Below, one piece after another: positions 6,878-13,106 of a stretch of DNA of 15,664 nt (positions are counted from its first letter, which is position 1; each line of letters starts with the position of its first letter). The notes under the pieces are model-generated. The model did not search any database. It saw only the letters and a list, made by a program, of their open reading frames with translations, and was not told the DNA's origin. The position numbers and the translations under genes are program-made. Origin of the DNA: an uncultured archaeon (GTDB taxonomy: Archaea; Iainarchaeota; Iainarchaeia; Iainarchaeales; GW2011-AR10); assembly GCA_964362395.1 (NCBI GenBank), contig CAYIER010000007.1, positions 5,177 through 20,840 of the forward strand, read 5' to 3'.

Positions 6878-7462
6878 TTATTTGTTTGCAGCGATTTTTT
6901 TCACGCGTTTTTGCACCCAGTTAGGGGATTTCTTCAGGTAGGCAGCCAGCAGCTTTTTGTTTGACTGCTCCAATAATTTGCCCGCAACGCCTGCAGGGAT
7001 TTTTTGGCGAAAATAAACAAAATCAATGAGTGTTTTTTCTGGCGTTGAAACAGGTAGCCAAAAATCATAATGCTTGACGAGTTCAAACCCAAAAAACATG
7101 CCTGCATCAACCCTTCGTACAACCACGTTTGCGCCCATTATTGCCCTCAAGCCAGGCCGCACCTTTTTTTGGGTAACTATCACCGGGTTTGCCGCCTGAT
7201 CCCACACATTGTGGAACGAAAGGGCCTGGTGCAGCCCATAATAAAAAGGCGAAAAAGCAAACCCGCAAACCAAAATGTCATCTTTAAAAGAATAAAACCC
7301 TTTGGCGATTTTGCGGAGTTTTCCTTTTTTTTGCAGGTAATGAATCAAAAAATACAGGTATTGCCTTGAAATTTTTTTTTGCTTCAAAAAAATCCGCGCA
7401 TCACGAATTGAAAACACTTCGCGGCCGCCAAAATGCCTGACAAAATCTGAAATGTACTTCAC
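6878..7462 (-). CDS. AbiEi-like (COG5340-type) wHTH transcriptional regulator/antitoxin of a type IV TA system
   Basis: The N-terminus MKYISDFVRHFGGREVFSIRDARIFLKQKKISRQYLYFLIHYLQKKGKLRKIAKGFYSF fits the AbiEi N-terminal wHTH pattern (fs..dl...g.s...L..L.k.G.l.ri.rG.Y). GTG start overlapping the upstream TGA (GTGA) implies translational coupling. 194 aa. Confidence 0.55.
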   Translation of the reverse strand: MKYISDFVRHFGGREVFSIRDARIFLKQKKISRQYLYFLIHYLQKKGKLRKIAKGFYSFKDDILVCGFAFSPFYYGLHQALSFHNVWDQAANPVIVTQKKVRPGLRAIMGANVVVRRVDAGMFFGFELVKHYDFWLPVSTPEKTLIDFVYFRQKIPAGVAGKLLEQSNKKLLAAYLKKSPNWVQKRVKKIAANK

Positions 7463-8106
7463 TGCAAAAACCTCCTTTTCAAAACAACAGCCATTTGTTC
7501 AAATGAAGGGACAGCGCCTGCCAAAACCAAATTTTTGAGGTTTTGTTCATCAGCCGGTTTTGGAAGATTTTCAAGCAAACCAGCAACCATTTTGGAAAAT
7601 TTTTCATCATTTGAAGAAAAGCGGCTCAAATGAAAAACGTCATAAATGTCCCGAATCAGCCTGCGGTTTTTGAATGCATTCAGTTTTTCAACCAGCAATT
7701 CATCAGCAGAAGGGGTAAAAATATCAATTGAAGTGCCGTCTGCTTTTTCGTATTCAGAAACAGCCGGCTTTTTGAATTCACGCAAAGCAATTTCCAATGC
7801 AACACTGACTTTTTCTTTTTCAATTTTTGAATAAACTGCGTTTTCTGTTTTGCGGAATTTTGTGATTTTTAAACCAAGCAACCCAAGTTTTTTTTCTAGC
7901 AATTCCTTAAAATCCGCCTTGGGCTTTATATAAAAGTCCAAATCCTCTGAAAACCTGTTTCCGCCAAAGCACCGCCAGATGGCTGTGCCGCCGTGCAAAA
8001 CCGCATTTTCTTCAAGCGAATATACAGTTTCAACCACAATGTCCTGCAGTTCTGCAATATCCTTGTGAAGAGTGCGCTTCAGCCTGTTGTGCAAAGGAAT
8101 CTTCAT
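7459..8106 (-). CDS. AbiEii/DUF1814-family nucleotidyltransferase toxin (COG2253-like)
   Basis: HGGTAIWRCFGGNRFSEDLDF (nt about 7941-7994) matches motifs I (hGGt) and II (RxSxDlD) of DUF1814/AbiEii nucleotidyltransferases. A downstream EK...RDIYD motif is present. 215 aa. Its own TATA is at 8127-8139. Confidence 0.7.
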   Translation of the reverse strand: MKIPLHNRLKRTLHKDIAELQDIVVETVYSLEENAVLHGGTAIWRCFGGNRFSEDLDFYIKPKADFKELLEKKLGLLGLKITKFRKTENAVYSKIEKEKVSVALEIALREFKKPAVSEYEKADGTSIDIFTPSADELLVEKLNAFKNRRLIRDIYDVFHLSRFSSNDEKFSKMVAGLLENLPKPADEQNLKNLVLAGAVPSFEQMAVVLKRRFLQ

Positions 8107-8126
8107 AAATTAATGAATCAACCAAA

Positions 8127-8139
8127 CTTATAAAAAAAC
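8127..8139 (-). promoter_or_regulatory. TATA-like element (tttttttataag on minus) about 25 nt upstream of the abiEii ATG (leaderless)
   Basis: Spacing to the ATG at 8106; consensus-like TTTATAA. Confidence 0.4.
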
Positions 8140-8194
8140 CTATGTTTGGGCGATTCAATAAAAAGTATGGTTTTTGGCGGTTCCAGCTATTTTT

Positions 8195-8977
8195 TCACTC
8201 GCTTTCTATGCGGGGCGCCAAGAAGTAGCTGATTTTTGCCTTGTCGATTTCGTATGAGACCTGCACGGGGGCATTGTTTTTGAGCTTCACGGTGACAGGC
8301 CCCTCTGCTGACGAGGCCTTGACCATGTCTGCAAGGTAGTCCAGCGGAAACATTGCCTCTGCCTCCCGCTTTGATTTTATTTCGTAAATTGACTTGTTGT
8401 CCTTTGCAAGCGCCTCGTTGTTGACCTTCCCTTTGCTCGAGTGCGCTTTCATGAAAAACTTTTCCTCATCCACGCCAAGTGTGATATGCGTGCTGATGAG
8501 GGCAGCGTCCTTTAAACCGTCCTTTAAAACATCCGCGTTAAGCTTTATTTCCGCGTCAAAATCAATTTTTGGGCTAGGCAGTTTTGAGGAACTAATGTCA
8601 ATGAGTGGGACCTCAAAAACCCTTTTCTGGCTCCCGACAAAAGAAACCAAAAGCTTTGACTTCTGCTCGTTTAATGACAGGCGCAGCGAATCCCCTGCCT
8701 TTGCCCGATTTAAAACCGAGCCAAAAAAATCAAGGTCAATGCCAAGCTTTGTCTCGCCGTCAATTTTGTATTCCTTAAAGGCCTTTTTGTCAAGCGAATA
8801 ATCAATCATTGCAATCTGGCTTGGGTCAGTTGCCTTTAACTGCAGGCCAGTTTCACTGACGTCAAATTCTGCCTCGTCAATAAGCACAGAAATCGCGTCA
8901 ACGCTTTTCTTAAAAGAAACAGCATTCTCCAAAACAAGCTCCACGAACAAACCCCTCTTTTGATTAATGTTCCTCAT
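8195..8977 (-). CDS. DNA polymerase sliding clamp PCNA (paralog 2, divergent)
   Basis: LFVELVLENAVSFKKSVDAISVLIDEAEFDV..DPSQIAMIDY..GIDLDFF..PLIDI..FLAP aligns position-for-position with PCNA1 and with canonical PCNA. The listed ORF start at 9046 is TTG and would overlap the signal peptidase gene by 44 nt. The in-frame ATG at 8975-8977 (MRNINQKRGLFVEL...) is preferred. Confidence 0.75.
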   Translation of the reverse strand: MRNINQKRGLFVELVLENAVSFKKSVDAISVLIDEAEFDVSETGLQLKATDPSQIAMIDYSLDKKAFKEYKIDGETKLGIDLDFFGSVLNRAKAGDSLRLSLNEQKSKLLVSFVGSQKRVFEVPLIDISSSKLPSPKIDFDAEIKLNADVLKDGLKDAALISTHITLGVDEEKFFMKAHSSKGKVNNEALAKDNKSIYEIKSKREAEAMFPLDYLADMVKASSAEGPVTVKLKNNAPVQVSYEIDKAKISYFLAPRIESE

Positions 8978-9002
8978 ATCCTTAAAAATCGTTTTATCAG
9001 GT

Positions 9003-9770
9003 TCAACATATTCCCGAAAAAGCGGCCGGCAGCTTTCCACGGACAATCAGGCTCAACAAGTCATCAAAAACCCAGAGTTTCACGCACCCGATTCTTGGCA
9101 GCCAGAAAAGCGCCTTTCCCTGAATTTTGTCTGCCCTAATTGCGCCGCGCGTAATGCCGACCTCTTGGTCAATTTTTGAATTGCATAAGTTGTCCCCCTT
9201 GGTCAAAAGGTATGTGCCATCGTTTGCGTTTATTTTTGAAACAACACGGTGGATAATCGGCTCGCCAAGAGTGTTCGAATTGTAAACAATGATGTCACCG
9301 GATTTTTCAACAGGAAGTTTTTTGCCCTGATAAAACTGTATTGAAGTCGTGTTGTAATTGGCTGGACAGCTTAACGGCAGCGGGGCACAGTCAACTTCCT
9401 GCGCAAAACCGGTTTTTGTGCAAAGCGGCCTTGCATATGCCTGCAGCGGAAGCGCATCAACGAGCACCAATTTCAGTTCAACTGACTGAGCCTTAATGCC
9501 AGATGGTTTCACGCCGGAAATAAAAACAACGTCTCCGCGGAAAAGAACCGGCTCCATGCTGTCGCTTACAACAATCACCATCGGCGAACTCGTGCCAAGG
9601 AGCAGCCCAAGGAGGTTGAAAATAATGAACGCAAAAACAAACGCGGAAACAATGTAAACAGCCATCGAAATTGTGCCATTGTTTTTGGGGTTCACCACAG
9701 GCAACAAGTACTTGTCAACGTATGTGAATGGGTCAAGCCATTTGAGGTTTTCAAGCAACTTTTTCAACAT
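9003..9770 (-). CDS. Signal peptidase I (archaeal S26/Sec11-type)
   Basis: The N-terminal TM segment is followed by VVSDSMEP (catalytic Ser box). Conserved GD, HRV and KGDN segments. 255 aa with an insertion between boxes. Confidence 0.7.
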   Translation of the reverse strand: MLKKLLENLKWLDPFTYVDKYLLPVVNPKNNGTISMAVYIVSAFVFAFIIFNLLGLLLGTSSPMVIVVSDSMEPVLFRGDVVFISGVKPSGIKAQSVELKLVLVDALPLQAYARPLCTKTGFAQEVDCAPLPLSCPANYNTTSIQFYQGKKLPVEKSGDIIVYNSNTLGEPIIHRVVSKINANDGTYLLTKGDNLCNSKIDQEVGITRGAIRADKIQGKALFWLPRIGCVKLWVFDDLLSLIVRGKLPAAFSGIC

Positions 9771-9832
9771 TGGCCATTCACCGAAAAATGATGATTAAAA
9801 TCAAAAAAAAGAAAAAAGAAGAATTAAAAAAA

Positions 9833-10108
9833 TTATTTGAGCGCTTTCTTCATCCCTTCTTCAAAAGAGTCAAGGCCTTTTTCAACCTGCTTTAGCGCGT
9901 CTTCAATTGCCTTTTTTGGCGACTTGCCGCTTGTGCGGATGACAAAATGGGTCTTGTCCAAAAGAAAGTGGTCAAGCTTGTTTGCAACAAACGTCACGCT
10001 TGGGTCATCAAGCAGCCTGCTTTTCAACAGGTTTGGGAAAGTGTACCGCTCCCCTTTCAGGAAAAATTCCAGATAGTTTTTGTCTTCGCTAATTGTTTCA
10101 ATTTCCAT
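9833..10108 (-). CDS. rpoL: DNA-directed RNA polymerase subunit L (RpoL/Rpb11-like)
   Basis: MEIETISEDKNYLEFFLKGERYTFPNLLKSRLLDDPSVTFVANKLDHFLLDKTHFVIRTSGKSPKKAIEDAL matches the archaeal RpoL pattern (EGEDHTLGNLL..L..DP.V.FA.Y...HPL...). The listed ORF has a 36-aa non-homologous upstream extension. Start is the ATG at 10106-10108, with a TATA 25 nt upstream. Confidence 0.75.
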   Translation of the reverse strand: MEIETISEDKNYLEFFLKGERYTFPNLLKSRLLDDPSVTFVANKLDHFLLDKTHFVIRTSGKSPKKAIEDALKQVEKGLDSFEEGMKKALK

Positions 10109-10126
10109 TCTTTTCACCTTTTTTGC

Positions 10127-10138
10127 TTTTATATAAAT
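10127..10138 (-). promoter_or_regulatory. TATA box (atttatataaaa on minus) for rpoL, leaderless spacing
   Basis: Direct reading; 25 nt from the ATG at 10108. Confidence 0.5.
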
Positions 10139-10204
10139 CCAAAAACCATATAATAATATTATCGCCCCGCCTTCAGGCGGGACACGTCTGCGGTGCCAGC
10201 TGCA

Positions 10205-10249
10205 ACACTTTGGCAAAGAAACAACCTTTTTTATTCACTGCCAAAGTGT
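10205..10249 (-). terminator. 11-bp perfect stem (acactttggca / tgccaaagtgt) with a 23-nt loop, 17 nt downstream of the csl4 stop. Possible 3' end structure or terminator (a T5 tract follows at 10141-10145 on minus).
   Basis: Direct reading: 10205-10215 is the reverse complement of 10239-10249. Confidence 0.3.
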
Positions 10250-10265
10250 AAACGCAAACGCTGTT

Positions 10266-10835
10266 TTAATGCAAAACCAAGTAATCTGAAGAAAATTTTC
10301 TATTGGCCGGCTGCGCGCACACCGGGCACTTAAACCCGTTGTCAAACTTCCTAACCGGTTCCTTGCAGGACGTGCAAAAACCCTTAATTATTCCAAGCGA
10401 TTCATCGCTCTTTGTTTCAAGCTCAACCGTAAAACGGTTCACTGCCATTACCTTTGCCTTCACAAGGTCACCTACCTTGAACATTTCCTCAAGCGATTCA
10501 ACGTAACCATTCATGACGTTAAAAACCATCAACACAGAGCTTGCACCCGGCACCATGCGCGGGCTGCCATTGCTTTCTGCCTTAAAAATGTCAACGAAAA
10601 CCTTTGATTCGGTCACCAGCCCGATGCGCCCAAAAACCAACGAACCCGCATCAAGCGGCTCTAGGTTCCGCGCAACGGACCTGACATTCACTATCTTTTG
10701 CTGGTCGTCAAACTCGGCCTCGCCCACAGCCGCCGAACAAATGTCCCCCTCGGCGTTCTCAAATGCATTATTTCCCGGAAGGTATTCCTCGCCAAAACTC
10801 AAAAAAGTGCCAGGAAAAATAAGTTTTTTTGTCAT
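10266..10835 (-). CDS. csl4: Exosome complex RNA-binding subunit Csl4 (S1 domain + Zn ribbon)
   Basis: 189 aa. LIFPGTFL..EEYLPG N-terminal domain, central S1-like GDLVKAKVMAV, and the C-terminal CTSC...CPVC zinc ribbon. Adjacency to rpoL matches the known archaeal exosome/rpoL neighbourhood. Confidence 0.8.
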   Translation of the reverse strand: MTKKLIFPGTFLSFGEEYLPGNNAFENAEGDICSAAVGEAEFDDQQKIVNVRSVARNLEPLDAGSLVFGRIGLVTESKVFVDIFKAESNGSPRMVPGASSVLMVFNVMNGYVESLEEMFKVGDLVKAKVMAVNRFTVELETKSDESLGIIKGFCTSCKEPVRKFDNGFKCPVCAQPANRKFSSDYLVLH

Positions 10836-10889
10836 TAAAAAAATTGCCTAAGAAATCTATTTAAATCTGCGTTTCACTACTTATTTCTG

Positions 10890-11867
10890 ATGGTTTTAGA
10901 AGAACTGATTCGCCCGGCCGTTGCTGAAAAAAAGCCCATAGGCATTTTTGCAATGGCTTTCATCATTTCAAGCATCAGCATCTGGATATTTTACCACGTT
11001 TTCCCAACCTCCTCAAGCGTGCTTGCACTGGCATTCCTTACAATCGGCTTTGTGCCGCTCCTTCAAAGAGTGTTTTTGGACGAAACACAAAAAGAAATAG
11101 AAGCACCAGGCTGGGCACCGGGGTTCATTGCCCGCCACTCGGACCTGTTTTTCATATATTTCTTCCTGTTCCTTGGCCTTATTGCAAGCTACACATTCTG
11201 GTTTGTCGCGCTGCCATCGAGTGGAAGCCTCTGCCAGGCAAGCCCCGGCTCGATTGCATGCTTTTTCCCCACGCGCGAAAAGGTTTTTGCCGAACAAATA
11301 AACACTTATAACGCAATTGACCCCACAAACGCGGCACGGGCAACTGGAAAGGCAATTGCAATGGACGAATGCAAAAACCCGCAGACACGCTCGCTTGAAA
11401 AATGCACCATGTTCATTTTCAACAACAATTACTTTGTGCTGATACTTGCAACCCTGTTCTCGTTCCTTTACGGCGCCGGGACAATTTTTTTAATTGCATG
11501 GAACGCAAGCGTGATCGGGACAGTGATTGGCGCGGAAATAGTTTACTCCAACATAAATTCCGGAATCACAAGGTTTGTCGGGCTGATTCCGCACGGGACA
11601 TTTGAAATTGGCGGCTACTTCATCGGCGCGATTGCAGGAGGGGTTATTTCAACCGCTCTTACAACAAAAAAGTATTCGCACCACGAAAACTCAGTCATCT
11701 TTGCAGACACCACAATCCTCATCGCACTGGCATTTGTTTTCCTGCTGGTTGGCGCAATAATCGAGGCAGCCACAATAATCAACCCTTCGCTCTCAGAAGT
11801 TTTTTTCATGGCAGAAATACTCATATTCCTAGGAATAGGGATTTTTGCCGCTTTTAGAAAAAAATAG
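10890..11867 (+). CDS. DUF95/SpoIIM-family integral membrane protein
   Basis: Multi-pass hydrophobic protein with the GLIPHGTFEIGGYFIGAIAG motif typical of the stage II sporulation protein M (DUF95) family. The TATA-like ctatttaaatc at about 10856-10866 suggests a leaderless start. Confidence 0.65.
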   Translation: MVLEELIRPAVAEKKPIGIFAMAFIISSISIWIFYHVFPTSSSVLALAFLTIGFVPLLQRVFLDETQKEIEAPGWAPGFIARHSDLFFIYFFLFLGLIASYTFWFVALPSSGSLCQASPGSIACFFPTREKVFAEQINTYNAIDPTNAARATGKAIAMDECKNPQTRSLEKCTMFIFNNNYFVLILATLFSFLYGAGTIFLIAWNASVIGTVIGAEIVYSNINSGITRFVGLIPHGTFEIGGYFIGAIAGGVISTALTTKKYSHHENSVIFADTTILIALAFVFLLVGAIIEAATIINPSLSEVFFMAEILIFLGIGIFAAFRKK

Positions 11868-11872
11868 GCACA

Positions 11873-13012
11873 CTACCTTTTGCGCTTTTGATTATTTTTT
11901 TCATGGCTTTTTGATTCCACAAAATCCTTTATTGCAGGAACATACTTTTGGAACAGCCTTTCGATTTCGGATTCGTCACGGACCTTGGCTTTCCCGCCGA
12001 TTGCCAAGGCAATCTGGCTCAATTCCATTGGAAAAATGAATTTGGTCGAGCTTCCTTCCCCGAGCTTTTCAAGCGCCTTGATGTAATAGTACGAAATCGC
12101 CCTGTCGCTTAAGTGCTCGGCCGCCTCGCGAACTGTTTCAATTTCCCTCTTATGGGCCAAGGCATCCTCAAACCTTGCAAGCTTGCGCTGCTCCGCGGCC
12201 TTTTCATTGTGCATTGCATCAATCACGGTTTTTGGGATGTCAACATCCCTTATTTTTACCGCCTGGACTTCAATCCCCCAGGCAGAAGAAATTTTTTCCA
12301 GCCCCACAGTCAGGCGCGCATTCATTTCCTCAATGTTTATAATCAGTTCATGCAAAGTCAGCCCGCCAATCGCATCCCGAATCAGCGAAATTACATAAAG
12401 CTCTGAAGCCGCAAGGTAATCCCTTACTTCAAGAACCGACTTTTTCACGGACTCGTTGTCACCCTTTATCTTCATGTAAATTATTGCGTCAACTTTTATT
12501 TCAATCTCGTCCTTTGTAATGACTTCCTGTGGCGCGACATCAATTGTGTGGGTCCGCAGGTCAACGGCGATGAAATTTTCAATGCCAGGAATTACAAGCG
12601 CCCACCCAGGCCCGGCAACACGGTTGAGCTTTCCGAAACGAAAAACAACTGCGCGTTCAAAGTCCTTCAATTCGACAAGCACATTAAACATTGCAAAAAC
12701 GAAAACAAAAACAGCCAGCATGGAAACCCAAAACAGGCTTGCAAAAAGCTCATCGCCACCCTGCAAAAACATGGACAAAAAAAACAGGCCCAAAAGAACA
12801 AGCCCGGCAAAAATCCACGCCTTTTGCCTGCCAATTGGACCCGCATGGCTGCCGTGCGCTTCACCGTGCCCGACAGAAGACTGCTCGCCGTGAATAGCGT
12901 GCGGCTCATGGCCAACATGTGTTGCTTCATGGCGCAAAGAAGCGCTGTGCCCGTATTCCATGCCCAACGATTCGGCGTGCCCGCCATGCCCTTTGGAGCC
13001 CCCTTCAGCCAT
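11873..13012 (-). CDS. SPFH/band-7 (stomatin/prohibitin-like) protein with a His/Gly-rich N-terminal extension
   Basis: The SPFH core (FERAVVFRFGKLNRVAGPGWALVIPGIENFIAVDLRTHTIDV...) follows a TM helix. The N-terminal 50 aa read MAEGGSKGHGGHAESLGMEYGHSASLRHEATHVGHEPHAIHGEQSSVGHGEAHGSHAGP. The listed ORF start at 13054 is TTG. The ATG at 13010-13012 with GGTGG 6 nt upstream is preferred. Confidence 0.8.
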   Translation of the reverse strand: MAEGGSKGHGGHAESLGMEYGHSASLRHEATHVGHEPHAIHGEQSSVGHGEAHGSHAGPIGRQKAWIFAGLVLLGLFFLSMFLQGGDELFASLFWVSMLAVFVFVFAMFNVLVELKDFERAVVFRFGKLNRVAGPGWALVIPGIENFIAVDLRTHTIDVAPQEVITKDEIEIKVDAIIYMKIKGDNESVKKSVLEVRDYLAASELYVISLIRDAIGGLTLHELIINIEEMNARLTVGLEKISSAWGIEVQAVKIRDVDIPKTVIDAMHNEKAAEQRKLARFEDALAHKREIETVREAAEHLSDRAISYYYIKALEKLGEGSSTKFIFPMELSQIALAIGGKAKVRDESEIERLFQKYVPAIKDFVESKSHEKNNQKRKR

Positions 13013-13106
13013 TGTTTTCCACCAAAAAAAGGGTTTTAAAACACCTAAACCCAATATATTTTTATTGTAGAAATCAATTATAATTCATTGTTTTAAGGCG
13101 AAAAAA

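Noticed and set aside
10109-10216. Long form of rpoL (127 aa, start 10216)
   Set aside because: The N-terminal 36 aa (MPKCCSWHRRRVPPEGG...) have no RpoL counterpart and would cover the TATA box and GC hairpin. The ATG at 10108 has a perfect leaderless TATA spacing.
10140-10265. C/D-box or H/ACA sRNA in the csl4-rpoL spacer
   Set aside because: No RUGAUGA C box and CUGA D box pair with appropriate spacing, and no ACA box after a hairpin, could be found by eye.
13013-13054. TTG-initiated long form of the SPFH gene (start 13054)
   Set aside because: The in-frame ATG at 13012 has a GGTGG SD at 6-nt spacing. The upstream 14 codons (MGLGVLKPFFWWKT) lack support.
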